A DNA stretch of 64,000 nt from an uncultured Verrucomicrobiae bacterium (GTDB lineage Bacteria > Verrucomicrobiota > Verrucomicrobiia > Chthoniobacterales > JAFAMB01), in assembly GCA_963762565.1 (NCBI GenBank), contig CAVXLD010000011.1, positions 128,001-192,000 of the forward strand, given 5' to 3'. The notes beneath the pieces were generated by a model. That model searched no databases, was not told where the DNA came from, and saw only the letters and a program-made list of their open reading frames with translations. This document shows, piece after piece, positions 28,697 through 38,179 of this stretch (within the stretch, counting starts at the first letter, position 1; each line of letters opens with the position of its first letter). Position numbers and translations under genes: made by a program.

Positions 28697-29716
28697 CTAC
28701 GCGACTCGGACCAGTAGCTTCCCAAAATTTTCTCCCCGGAAGAGTTTTAAAAACGCCTTTGGGGCATTCTGCAGTCCTTCAACAATATCTTCGCGGTATT
28801 TGATCCGCTTCTCCCGCACCCAACGGCTCATGTCATTCAAGAATGTGGTCTGCTGGTCGGCAAAATCGCCGCTGAGAAAGCCGCGCACTGTCAAGCGGTG
28901 GCTCAGGATCGCTCGCAGCAGGAGCGGCACTTGATTCGGCCCGTCCGGCAACTGCGTATCATTATAGTGGGCAATCAATCCGCACACCGAAATTCTGGCA
29001 AAGTCGTTGAGCAGAGGTAAAACCGCTTCGAAGACTTTGCCTCCTACATTCTCAAAATAAACGTCGATCCCTTTTGGACAGACTCGTTCCAGCTCACGAG
29101 GTAGCTCCGGTTGGTAGTGGCTGATGCAAGTGTCGAAGCCAAGCTCGCTGACGACGTACTCGCACTTTTCTTGGGCGCCGGCTATTCCCACCACCTGGCA
29201 TCCTTTGATTTTCGCGATCTGCCCCACGATGGCTCCAACCGCGCCGGCGGCAGCGGATACTACTACTGTTTCGCCGAGTTTTGGTTGCCCGACGCTGAGG
29301 AGTCCGAAGTAGGCGGTTCTACCGGGCATGCCGAGAACGCCTAGAGCAGTCGAGATCGGCCCCAACGCAGGGTCCACCTTTCGCATGCCGGTCCCATCGG
29401 ATAATGCATACTCCTGCCAGCCCGTTCGTCCTTCCACAATGTCACCCGGAGTAAAGTCTTCCAGTTTCGAGGCGATCACTTCGCTAACTGTCCCTCCAAC
29501 CATAACATCCCCGATCGCGACGGATGGTGCATAAGACTTCCGGTCGCTCATGCGCCCGCGCATGTAAGGATCAAGTGATAACCAAAGTGTCCGCAACGAC
29601 ATCTGGCCCGGTTGCGGATCTTCCAGCCCAACTTCGGAAAAAGTGAAATCGGCTTCGCTAGGTTCTCCCGTGGGACGGCGCGCCAACAAGAGACGGCGAT
29701 TCTTTATAGTGCCCAT
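28697..29716 (-). CDS. NADP-dependent oxidoreductase (CurA/YncB, prostaglandin-reductase-like MDR)
   Basis: LSLDPYMRGRM, LGMPGRTAYFGL, AAAGAVG, GENFGKLLVRV. Confidence 0.93.
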   Translation of the reverse strand: MGTIKNRRLLLARRPTGEPSEADFTFSEVGLEDPQPGQMSLRTLWLSLDPYMRGRMSDRKSYAPSVAIGDVMVGGTVSEVIASKLEDFTPGDIVEGRTGWQEYALSDGTGMRKVDPALGPISTALGVLGMPGRTAYFGLLSVGQPKLGETVVVSAAAGAVGAIVGQIAKIKGCQVVGIAGAQEKCEYVVSELGFDTCISHYQPELPRELERVCPKGIDVYFENVGGKVFEAVLPLLNDFARISVCGLIAHYNDTQLPDGPNQVPLLLRAILSHRLTVRGFLSGDFADQQTTFLNDMSRWVREKRIKYREDIVEGLQNAPKAFLKLFRGENFGKLLVRVA

Positions 29717-29844
29717 GGGGTATTGTTCGCCTGACATCGAACGATTGCAACGGGGGGAACGCCGTGAACGAGCAAGAACTGGTTTCTGCGTCCTTGGCCC
29801 GCCCCGCGGCCGCGGGGCTCGCTCGCGTTCGTCCTCGCTCGTTG

Positions 29845-30810
29845 TTAAACGGCCGGCAAGTGCTTTCCTAAAAAGGTTCGCATCAGTCCGGCGATAACAT
29901 CCCAATCTTCCTCCAGCGCGAAGTGTCCGGTATCGAGCAAATGTAGTTCCGCCTTCGGGAGGTCACGGAGATAAGCCTCTGCGCCCGCTGCCGGAAAGAT
30001 CGCATCGTTCTTCCCCCAAACGATGAGTGTCGGCGGTTGATACTTTCTAAAGAACTCTTGCCATTGTGGATAAGCGGCCGGATTTGATCCGTACGAGTAA
30101 AAGAGGGCCAATTGGATCGACTCTTGCCCGGACCTCTTTAGCAAAGCGTCGTCAATGGTCCAGGTGTCAGGATCGATCTTTTCTGGTTGGCGAACGCCGT
30201 GAGTATACTGCCACTTGGTCGCCTCAAGTGTGAGTCCCTGGCGCACAGCGGCCTCATTTTCGGGGCTCTTGTCGGCCCAGAATTTTTTGATCGGTGTCCA
30301 GAAATCATTGTTGATGCCGTCCGTATAAGCGTTCCCGTTTTGCACGATGAGAGCTTGGACTCGCTCCGGGTGGCGCACTGCGAGTCGATAACCAACCGGA
30401 GCGCCATAGTCTTGCACGTAGAGACTGTATTTCTTCAATCCTAGTTGAGACACAAAAGCGTCCACGATGTCGGCAAGATGATCGAAGTTGTATTGGAATT
30501 GATCCGCTGGCGGGGCCGCACTGTAGCCAAAGCCCGGGTAGTCGGGTGCGATCAGGTGATACCGATCGGCGAGTGCTGGGATGAGGTTACGGAACATTCG
30601 GGAAGAAGTTGGGAAACCGTGGAGCAGCAAAATGACCGGTGCATCCTTGGGGCCAGCCTCTCGATAGAAAATGTTCAGTCCGTCCACCTCGACAGTTCGA
30701 TAGAAGGTGGGCGCTGGGCTGGTGTGATTTGCAGCTTGGGCAGCGACTCCGAGGGGGAGTAAGCTGCTAAACGCGCTAGCGAAGAGCCAGGGTTGAAAAA
30801 GGAATTTCAT
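29845..30810 (-). CDS. Secreted alpha/beta hydrolase
   Basis: Signal peptide; [13 protein letters not shown] nucleophile, TGHFALE. Confidence 0.93.
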   Translation of the reverse strand: MKFLFQPWLFASAFSSLLPLGVAAQAANHTSPAPTFYRTVEVDGLNIFYREAGPKDAPVILLLHGFPTSSRMFRNLIPALADRYHLIAPDYPGFGYSAAPPADQFQYNFDHLADIVDAFVSQLGLKKYSLYVQDYGAPVGYRLAVRHPERVQALIVQNGNAYTDGINNDFWTPIKKFWADKSPENEAAVRQGLTLEATKWQYTHGVRQPEKIDPDTWTIDDALLKRSGQESIQLALFYSYGSNPAAYPQWQEFFRKYQPPTLIVWGKNDAIFPAAGAEAYLRDLPKAELHLLDTGHFALEEDWDVIAGLMRTFLGKHLPAV

Positions 30811-30820
30811 GGTTTAGGAG

Positions 30821-30838
30821 TAACCGAACGTTCGGTTA
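30821..30838. promoter_or_regulatory. TetR operator TAACCGAACGTTCGGTTA
   Basis: Perfect 18-bp palindrome 10 nt upstream of the hydrolase start; near-identical copy upstream of tetR. Confidence 0.85.
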
Positions 30839-30980
30839 TTTTCAAGCGAAAATAAATTCAACTGCGTCCAGCCGCGACTATCGGACTTTGCCTCGCGGCG
30901 TGCGGGGACGCGCGCCCTCCCCGAATTGCACCCCTCCAAAGCGGGGTTGGACGTGCTTTCAGGGACCCCGAAAAATGGTT

Positions 30981-31544
30981 CTAGTTCTTAGCCTCGATAC
31001 GCTTTCCCAATCTTTTCAGTGCTCGGCGAAAAATCTCCGGGTTGTCACTAGCGCGTGCGAGTATTAGCGAGCCTTCGATCGTAATCACAACTTCTTCCGC
31101 CCAAACCGCCGCCTTAGCTGGCGAGAGTCCAGCTTCCCGTCCGAGGCCGGTCAACGCTTCAAGCCAATGATTGACGGCTGCCAAAAGCGATTCCCGATAA
31201 AGTGGACCTGCTTCGCCCAAGGAAAGCGTATCCAGCACACAAGAGAGCTTTCCATCCTCATAAAACCTCCGGACGCCCCCCAGCATTCTAGTAAAGCGGG
31301 TGTCGACTGGACCGGGCTCTCGAACAGCGGCCAGCACTTCGGCCTCAAATGAACGACCGATCTCGGCCAGCACTTCGCCTCCCATCTGCACTTTTCCGTC
31401 GGGGAATTTCTGATACAGGCTGGCTTTCCCTAAGCCGACCGCTCCCGCTAAATCGGCTAAAGTAGCGCCGGTGTAGCCGTCACGACGGAAGACGTGGCTG
31501 AGTTTCTGCAGGATTTCTTGGCGGCTGGTTCGGCTTGGTCGCAC
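30981..31544 (-). CDS. TetR/AcrR-family regulator
   Basis: N-terminal HTH GYTGATLADLAGAVGLGKASLY. Confidence 0.93.
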   Translation of the reverse strand: MRPSRTSRQEILQKLSHVFRRDGYTGATLADLAGAVGLGKASLYQKFPDGKVQMGGEVLAEIGRSFEAEVLAAVREPGPVDTRFTRMLGGVRRFYEDGKLSCVLDTLSLGEAGPLYRESLLAAVNHWLEALTGLGREAGLSPAKAAVWAEEVVITIEGSLILARASDNPEIFRRALKRLGKRIEAKN

Positions 31545-31553
31545 AGGCCACGA

Positions 31554-31571
31554 TAACCGATCGTTCGGTTA
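31554..31571. promoter_or_regulatory. TetR autoregulatory operator TAACCGATCGTTCGGTTA
   Basis: 17 of 18 identical to 30821-30838; lies between minus-strand TTGAGC and TATCGT hexamers spaced 17 nt apart. Confidence 0.85.
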
Positions 31572-31639
31572 GGCTCAAGCTCGGTGCGACGTGGACGTGA
31601 TAGGTGATTTGTGACACACGCATCGCATGCCCCAAGGTT

Positions 31640-31764
31640 TGGAGGGGAGCCGCTTTGGCCTTTGTCCCGGGAGCCGCCTGCTTTCTACGCGTATAGGTCG
31701 GGGTCATATTAAGGCGCGAAACGTGGAACGTCGGCCCGGCACACGCCAAAGCGGCTCCCCTCCA
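31640..31764. repeat. Element with perfect 20-bp inverted arms
   Basis: TGGAGGGGAGCCGCTTTGGC (31640-31659) / GCCAAAGCGGCTCCCCTCCA (31745-31764). Confidence 0.8.
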
Positions 31765-31950
31765 GGCGCTGGGCGGCTTCTGCACGCTGCGGATTTGCAA
31801 ACCTTTCTGTGTTCGGCCCCGAGGACGACTAGCCCGAGAACGAAGCGGAGCAATAGCAGAGGTGCTACTGCATCCGCGCTCCGCAGGTTCCAAGGCCATT
31901 TGCTATCTGCTATTTGCTATTGAACGAGCTTCAGGCGAGTTCAGGCCCAA

Positions 31951-32295
31951 ATGAAGGTTGAACGTGTGAAATATGTGATCTGGGCCGTGGATCCGAAACG
32001 CGCCGTGCGATTTTATCGCGAGGTTTTCGGTGGCGAAGTCCTCAAGGAATCTGAAGTGATCAGCGAGGTTTCTATCTGCGGCGCCACCATCGGTATCCAT
32101 GGCGGAGGTGAGGGGAAACGGACTTGGACCGGCCTCAGTTTTCAGGTTGCGGATGTGATCGCAGGTGCAGCGGAGGTGGTTGCTGCCGGCGGCCAGCTTA
32201 CCCGCGAACCTCAACCCGAAGGAGGTGAACCGCCTCACCTGGCAATGTGCGTGGACACCGAAGGCAACGAATTCATGCTCACCCGCAAACGGTAA
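31951..32295 (+). CDS. VOC/glyoxalase family protein
   Basis: AVRFYREVFG, LSFQVADV, DTEGNEF. Confidence 0.9.
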   Translation: MKVERVKYVIWAVDPKRAVRFYREVFGGEVLKESEVISEVSICGATIGIHGGGEGKRTWTGLSFQVADVIAGAAEVVAAGGQLTREPQPEGGEPPHLAMCVDTEGNEFMLTRKR

Positions 32296-32435
32296 CTCGC
32301 CTTAGGCTCGTTATAGCAGATAGCAGATAGCAAATAGCAAATGACGCTCGCCTTCCCGGCGTATTGCACGTGAGGCATTTGCTATCTGCTATTTGCGATT
32401 TGCTATTCCGGGACGAGTTTCAGACGAGTCCCGAT

Positions 32436-32744
32436 ATGATTGCTCGGCTTTGGCATGGAAGAGTTCCTCGCGAAAAAAGTGAGGAATACCTGGAAAAGAT
32501 GCGCAGGGTTGCTCTGCCGGATTACGAGCGCACGCCTGGTAACCGCGGCGCCTATTGTCTGCACCGGATCGACGGGAACCTGACTCATTTTGAGATGTTA
32601 ACCTTCTGGGACGACGTGGACGCGATCAAACGTTTCGCCGGGGAAGACTATCAGAAGGCTCGCTACTATGATTTTGATGACGACTTTCTCATCGAGAAAG
32701 AACCGTTCGTCCTCCATTTTGAGGTTAGCGTTAACTCGCCTTAG
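32436..32744 (+). CDS. Antibiotic-biosynthesis-monooxygenase-like (dimeric alpha/beta barrel) protein
   Basis: MIARLWHG...TPGNRGA...LTFWDDVDAIKRFAGEDY. Confidence 0.88.
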   Translation: MIARLWHGRVPREKSEEYLEKMRRVALPDYERTPGNRGAYCLHRIDGNLTHFEMLTFWDDVDAIKRFAGEDYQKARYYDFDDDFLIEKEPFVLHFEVSVNSP

Positions 32745-32950
32745 GCTCGTTAACGAATAGCAAATCGCAAATAGCAGATAGCGAATGTCTCGAGTGCGAA
32801 CACCGCTCCGTAGGAGTCAAATCTTTATAGCTACGGTGACGCAAAGGGAGAAAAGCTCCGTTAGGAGCGGCATAGAAAGTGGTTTCCAAGTTGACTCCAA
32901 ACGAGTGTGGCTGGGTGGCATCTCTGTACGCAGAAGAAGAACGTTTCCGT

Positions 32951-33140
32951 AGGCCACGGATGCAGAGCCGCGCCGAGGTGGTCCCACTGACCCAAGGCGA
33001 TGCCGTAGCCTTCGCCGTACACCATTCGGCCGATGCAAGGTGTAAGAGGAACCTATCGAGTCAATCTACGACATGGCGTCAGCCGAATTCGTTCCGGCCG
33101 CCGTCATACCGTCGGCATCATATTTCATGATGCGACGTGA
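32951..33140 (+). pseudogene. Frameshifted 3' remnant of a 2OG-Fe(II) oxygenase (DUF2086-like)
   Basis: RPRMQSRAEVVPLTQGDAVAFAVHH, then after one extra T near 33026 RPMQGVRGTYRVNLRHGVSRIRSGRRHTVGIIFHDAT*; no 5' part. Confidence 0.8.
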
Positions 33141-33311
33141 CTACTGCCGTCGCTAGCCTGGAACCGGGGAGGATCAGGAATGATCCGGCAGCCGCCGGAA
33201 CCAGTGACGGATGCGTTCCCAGGGCCATTTGAGGAATTGCCTTCGATTTGTCATCTGTCATGTGTCATTTGTCATTCCGTCCGTCTTTTTACCCTCGTTT
33301 TAAATTAAACT

Positions 33312-34184
33312 ATGAATCCAATCGGAATACACTTCGGCTACTGGACCCAATATTGGAGTTCAGACCCACTAGACTTCGTCGCCAGAGCTAAGAAATGCGG
33401 GTTTGATGTTTTGGAAGTGAACGCTCCAAAAGTGACCCTCATGAGCAACGCCGAACGAGACAAGTTGAAAGCCGCAGTGGCCGAGGCGGGTCTCACCCTG
33501 ACCTATAGTATCGGCATGAAGGATGATATGGACCTGGTCTCAGAAGATTCCGCGGTTCGAAAGAAAGGGATCGCCTTTCTACAGGACGTATCGAAGGCGA
33601 TGAACTATGTGGGTGGAAGAGTAATGGCTGGGATCAACTACAGTTCATGGCCCCGGAAATTGCTGCCCGGAGAAGACAAACGAGTGCTGACAGATCGAGC
33701 GATTGCCGGGGTGAAAGAAGCGATCAAGGCGGCCGAAGATAACGACGTCCTTTTCTGTGTCGAAGTCGTCAATCGTTTCGAACAATTCATGATGAATACG
33801 GCGGAAGAGGGCGTTGCATTCGCCGAGAGAGTGGGTAGCCCTAATTGTAAAATCTTGCTCGATACGTTTCACATGAATATCGAGGAAGACAGCTTCCGCG
33901 AGTCAATCCTGCACGCCGGAGAATGGCTTGGTCATTTCCATCTGGGTGAGAGCAACCGGCGGCCTCCCGGAGAAGGCCGACTGCCTTGGCCTGAGATTCT
34001 TGGTGCTTTGAAGGAAATTAACTACCAGGGTGCCGTGGTAATGGAACCGTTTCTGTTACCTGGGGGCGATGTGGGCCGCGATATTTCTGTCTTCCGAGAC
34101 CTTTTGGGAAATGGCGACCTGGACGAAAAAGCGGCGCGCTCCGTTAAGTTCGTCCGGGCTGAACAGGAAAAGGTTTCAGGCTGA
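33312..34184 (+). CDS. Sugar epimerase, D-psicose/D-tagatose 3-epimerase family
   Basis: EVVNRFEQ, LDTFHMNIEE, HFHLGESNRRPPG, VMEPF. Confidence 0.9.
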   Translation: MNPIGIHFGYWTQYWSSDPLDFVARAKKCGFDVLEVNAPKVTLMSNAERDKLKAAVAEAGLTLTYSIGMKDDMDLVSEDSAVRKKGIAFLQDVSKAMNYVGGRVMAGINYSSWPRKLLPGEDKRVLTDRAIAGVKEAIKAAEDNDVLFCVEVVNRFEQFMMNTAEEGVAFAERVGSPNCKILLDTFHMNIEEDSFRESILHAGEWLGHFHLGESNRRPPGEGRLPWPEILGALKEINYQGAVVMEPFLLPGGDVGRDISVFRDLLGNGDLDEKAARSVKFVRAEQEKVSG

Positions 34185-34243
34185 TCTGCCGCTGCGAAAC
34201 GGCGAGTTCGGAAAGGGACGGAAAACCGCTTTGGGCAAAAGTA

Positions 34244-34527
34244 AGCCTCGCGCAGAGGAGGCAACGAAAAAAGATGAGCGACGCAAAGGGCGCAACGGAA
34301 GGGGAAGAACGTGAAAGGTGAAAGGGGGGAGGCCTAATGGAAGACCCGACTTCTCCAACTAGGCTAGATTCTCGATAGCGCTTTCCGTCTTTTTTGCGTT
34401 CTTGACGCTCTTTCGCGGCTATTCAGGCTTTTCACTTTTCGCCTCTCACCTTCCCCTCTCCCCTCTGCGTCCTTTGCGTCCTCTGCGCCGAGGCTCATCT
34501 TTTTTCGTTGCGTCCTCTGCGCGAGGC
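34244..34527. repeat. Empty (gene-less) inverted pair of AGCCTCGCGCAGAGGACGCAACG repeats
   Basis: 34244-34279 is the near reverse complement of about 34492-34527; same family flanks the GxxExxY gene at 35314. Confidence 0.8.
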
Positions 34528-34624
34528 TTGTCTGGCGTTTGCAGGGAGGGAACAGCCAACCTTAACGGCCAACCCACGGAGGGGGTTGCACAACTCGCGC
34601 TAGTGCGGCACTCTCTGCCGACAA

Positions 34625-35242
34625 ATGGCTTGGTTGCTAATAATCGTTTCGAGTTATCTCATTGGTTCAGTTCCGTTTGGATTTATTCTCGCGCGAGCAA
34701 AGGGGATCGATATCCGAGACAAGGGCAGTGGGAATATCGGGGCGGCGAACGCGGCTCGGGTGATGGGCAGAAAGTGGGGCTACGCGGTTTTTCTTTGCGA
34801 CTTTTTGAAGGGTTTTCTTTCAGTAAAACTCGGTCAGCTGATCGCTGGCTCTTTTGGAGTCGATCCTGTTTTAGCGAGCGTCCTTGCCGCTACCGCGGCT
34901 GTTATCGGGCACGATTTCCCAGTCTGGCTCGGCTTCAAAGGTGGCAAGGGTATCGCTACTCTGGCCGGAGTGGTTCTAGGTGTGTTTTCACCTCTAGTCT
35001 GCGTTTCGTTTGGGATCGTGTGGGTCGTCGTTTTCCTACTGGGACGGTACACCTCGCTGGCGTCAATCTGCGCGGTTATCGCTCTTCCGATCGCCGCCGC
35101 TCTGATCGTGGCCAAGAACCAAACCGGCTTTCAATTAATGATCGGCTTTTGCGCATTCATGGCGGCCTTGGCGCTCTGGAAGCACCGCGCCAACATCGTG
35201 CGGCTGCTGAATGGGACGGAAAACCGGTTTGGGAAAAAATAG
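34625..35242 (+). CDS. plsY: Glycerol-3-phosphate acyltransferase PlsY
   Basis: YLIGSVPFG, GSGNIGAAN, GHDFPVWLGFKGGKGIAT, KHRANIVRLLNGTE. Confidence 0.97.
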   Translation: MAWLLIIVSSYLIGSVPFGFILARAKGIDIRDKGSGNIGAANAARVMGRKWGYAVFLCDFLKGFLSVKLGQLIAGSFGVDPVLASVLAATAAVIGHDFPVWLGFKGGKGIATLAGVVLGVFSPLVCVSFGIVWVVVFLLGRYTSLASICAVIALPIAAALIVAKNQTGFQLMIGFCAFMAALALWKHRANIVRLLNGTENRFGKK

Positions 35243-35272
35243 CCTCGCGCAGAGGGCAGCGGAAAAAAGATG

Positions 35273-35796
35273 AGCCTCGCGCAAAGGACGCAGAGGACGC
35301 AACGGATAGTTTATTAGTGAGGTTCCACCAGGCGATTGGCCAGACGTTTAATGCCGTTTTTAAGATGTTCCTCGCCGAAATTGATCAGGTATCCGAGGCG
35401 CAAGTCTGTTAATCGAAGCTGGGTCAGAACTTGCTTTGCATGAATAGGCTGCAAAGCCTCAACCGACTTTAGCTCCACGATGACTTTATTTTCTACAATC
35501 AGGTCCGCGCGAAATCCTTCATCGAAATGTAGGCCCCGATAGATGATCGGGACCGGCCTCTGACGCTCGACTGTCAGCCCAATTCTTTGCAGCTCATGCG
35601 CTAGAACCACCTCGTAGACGGTTTCTAAGAGCCCGGGCCCAAGCTCGGTATGAATCTCGAAAGCCAGATCTAAGATCCTTTTGCCTAATTGGTTTTCAGT
35701 CATAATGAGTCCGGGGTTGTAGCAATCGTTTCTCTGCGACTCAATCCAATCCTTCCTTGTCTTTCGTTGCGTCCGTTGCGTCCTCTGCGCGAGGCT
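35273..35796. mobile_element. Putative GxxExxY element bounded by about 33-bp inverted repeats
   Basis: 35273-35305 versus the reverse complement of 35764-35796 (about 4 mismatches); more copies at 35241, about 35860-35893 and about 35954-35987. Confidence 0.5.
35314..35703 (-). CDS. GxxExxY protein (PD-(D/E)XK nuclease fold)
   Basis: IHTELGPGLLETVYE, FRADLIVE, VELKSVE, GYLINFG. Confidence 0.94.
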   Translation of the reverse strand: MTENQLGKRILDLAFEIHTELGPGLLETVYEVVLAHELQRIGLTVERQRPVPIIYRGLHFDEGFRADLIVENKVIVELKSVEALQPIHAKQVLTQLRLTDLRLGYLINFGEEHLKNGIKRLANRLVEPH

Positions 35797-35986
35797 GATC
35801 AGGGTTTGTCGCAAGTGTGTGTACACCTCCGCCTTGAACAGGAGCCCTCTCCCGCGCTTTCCGTTGCGTCCTCCGCGCCCTCTGCGCGAGGCTTGTCTGG
35901 AGTTTGCTGCAAAGTTGTATGTGTCTCAGCCTTAACAACCCTCTCCCGCCCTTTCCGTTGCGTCCTTCGCGTCCTTTGCGCGAGGC

Positions 35987-36802
35987 TCAGTGCGGCTTGG
36001 TTCTCGCGAGTCGCGCCTGATATACGAGTCGCTTGATAAACATCGGAAGCGACCCGACGACCGTCATTGCAAAATTCACCAGTGCACCCGGAACCACCCT
36101 GGCGCGATCATTCGCAGCGGCTTGCAAGGCGTCGCGAACGACTTTTTCGACCGGAACAACTAAGAACGGGGCGGTGTGGCTTGATCGGTCGCCTGTGCGC
36201 GTCGCATACAAAAGGTACTCGGTCGAGACAGGACCCGGACAGAGGACAGTGACGGAAACATTGGACGATCGCAGCTCCGCTCGAACGGCTTCGCTGAAAC
36301 TCGTCAGGTAAGCTTTCGTGGCGGCATAGACGGCATTGTTGGGTAAAGGCAGGAACGAAGCGATAGAACTGACGTTGAGGATCACACCTCGTCCGGTTCT
36401 CTTAAGGATGGGTAGAACCCTGAGAGTGAGATAGGTTAACGCGTTGATATTAACCTGGAGGAGGGAGCTGACCCGTTCCCATTCGCTGTTGATAAACGGT
36501 CCATGGTCGCCTAGGCCGGCGTTGTTGATCAGGAAATCGAGAGCAAATCCACTCTGGTCGAGCCAATCACAGAAACCCTCTAGGCTGCGTTGCTCGCGAA
36601 GATCTATCGAGCGAGTGACCACCTCCAACGTGGCATTCGTCGCCTTAAGTTCTGATTCCAACGCCTGTAGGCGATCGTTGCGACGCGCTAGTAGAATCAT
36701 CTTCGCCGCCACGGGAGCAAGCTGCCGGGCAAACTCGGAGCCAATCCCCGAGGAAGCACCGGTAATTAGAATCGTGCGTCCAGTGAAATAGCTGCTGCTC
36801 AT
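35987..36802 (-). CDS. SDR family oxidoreductase
   Basis: TGASSGIG, NNAG, YAATK. Confidence 0.93.
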   Translation of the reverse strand: MSSSYFTGRTILITGASSGIGSEFARQLAPVAAKMILLARRNDRLQALESELKATNATLEVVTRSIDLREQRSLEGFCDWLDQSGFALDFLINNAGLGDHGPFINSEWERVSSLLQVNINALTYLTLRVLPILKRTGRGVILNVSSIASFLPLPNNAVYAATKAYLTSFSEAVRAELRSSNVSVTVLCPGPVSTEYLLYATRTGDRSSHTAPFLVVPVEKVVRDALQAAANDRARVVPGALVNFAMTVVGSLPMFIKRLVYQARLARTKPH

Positions 36803-37046
36803 AAGTGTGCGAATGCGCACGGTACCGATCGCCGGGCGGAACTCAAGACAGATGGCTGCGAACCGACTATGCCTCGCGCAGAGCAGACTTCGCCCCGTCT
36901 CCCCCTTTAGCTACGTCGACCCAGGGACGGGAAGGACGCAATGGATAGTAGAGGGAGAGCGCCGGTTGAGGCTGAGGCAGGCGGGCGGATGCAACCGCAA
37001 ACCACAACCGCCAACCGCAAACCAATCACTAATCACCAATCAGTTC

Positions 37047-37496
37047 TCACTGACCCTGCTGTGGTGGTGGCGGTGGTGCTGGACGTCTCGGCTCAGGGTT
37101 GCGACGTGGATTTGGATTTTCTCGAGGATGCTCCGGTGGCCGTCGCAGTTTAGGCCGGTGCCGTTCGGTAGGCGACGGCGACTCCGGGTTTGAAGAGTCT
37201 ACCGACGGGGAAGGCGATGCCTTTGGCTGAGAGAGCGGGGAAGCGGAAGGGGACGGCGATCCGCTCGGAGACGGCATCGGCGCAGCGGACCGCGGCGAGG
37301 CAGACGGGGTTGGCGAGGGTGAGGGCGATGGAGAAGCCGATGATGTTGGACTGGGCGATACAACTCGCGAAGTCGACGCCGACGCTGACGGAGATGCCGA
37401 TGGCGAAGGCGAGCCTTTCAGTCTCGGTCCAGCCCAAAGGCCCAATAGAATGATACCGGTGAAGGCAATGGCTTTCGAAGGTGACATTGTGGCCAT
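37047..37496 (-). CDS. Small Ser/Pro-rich secreted or membrane-anchored protein
   Basis: Hydrophobic N-terminus followed by SPSP repeats. Confidence 0.6.
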   Translation of the reverse strand: MATMSPSKAIAFTGIILLGLWAGPRLKGSPSPSASPSASASTSRVVSPSPTSSASPSPSPSPTPSASPRSAAPMPSPSGSPSPSASPLSQPKASPSPSVDSSNPESPSPTERHRPKLRRPPEHPRENPNPRRNPEPRRPAPPPPPQQGQ

Positions 37497-37725
37497 GGGT
37501 TGAGGTTACATGGTAACAGCGGGTTTTCGGTGACAAGAAACAGAAGCTCACACAGACGACACTGCTCCTAGCCACAGGGTAGACGACAAAAGAACCGCGG
37601 ATTGCACAGATTTTGATGCGCTTTTCGCTTGCCTTAACCGAGCCCTGGGAGCGATGCGTGACATCTCCCAGATCCGCGGGATTAAAACAGAAGGAATATC
37701 CGCAGATTTACGGACCGAAATTTAT

Positions 37726-37885
37726 ATATCCGCAGATTACGCAGATTACGCAGATTTCGTCTTTATTGTTGAAGCCGTCAGGGAGCACTGAATCCGCTAA
37801 ACCAAAATACACGATGTTTTCCAATTCGCTGGTGTAGCCGGAGTCTCTATACGAAATCTGCGAAATCTGCGTAATCTGCGGATAT
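37726..37885. repeat. Inverted pair of CGCAGATTA 9-mer repeats (35-bp arms)
   Basis: 37726-37760 versus the reverse complement of 37851-37885: 34 of 35 identical. Confidence 0.85.
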
Positions 37886-37942
37886 TTCCTGTCTTCTGAT
37901 ATTTGCGGACCAATCGTGCGAGGTCTTTAGAGCTTTTCCTCA

Positions 37943-38179
37943 CTACAAGCTCACCGGACCCCAACCCGGATCGGCGGATCTCGGTAACGAAATCCTGGGC
38001 AAGCCTTGGTCCTTGAAGCCGGTAGCAGAGTGGTGGTCCTGGGTGGAGTCGTGAAATGGCCAGAGGAATCCAAACAGGGATAGGGCCATGATGACGCTGG
38101 CAAAAGCGACCGTCCGCTCCCTAGCCGGTTCTGACCGTACGGTTTTTCTTCTCATAAATAATAGAGAAACACGTTGCAT
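37943..38179 (-). CDS. Hypothetical small membrane protein
   Basis: One hydrophobic segment (VAFASVIMALSLFGFLWPF); co-oriented downstream of the MNIO operon. Confidence 0.3.
   Translation of the reverse strand: MQRVSLLFMRRKTVRSEPARERTVAFASVIMALSLFGFLWPFHDSTQDHHSATGFKDQGLPRISLPRSADPGWGPVSL

Larger units (their letters stand above)
31897..32787. repeat. Four TAGCAAA-heptamer/AACTCGCC arms in alternating orientation bracketing two small genes
   Basis: Arms at 31897-31941, 32294-32343, 32376-32430 and 32733-32787. Confidence 0.85.

Noticed and set aside
31897..32787. Classical integron
   Set aside because: No tyrosine recombinase in the window, and the arms do not fit RYYYAAC...GTTRRRY attC consensus well; kept only as an analogy.
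34402..35412. 336-aa ORF
   Set aside because: Off-frame overlap of plsY and flanking repeats.
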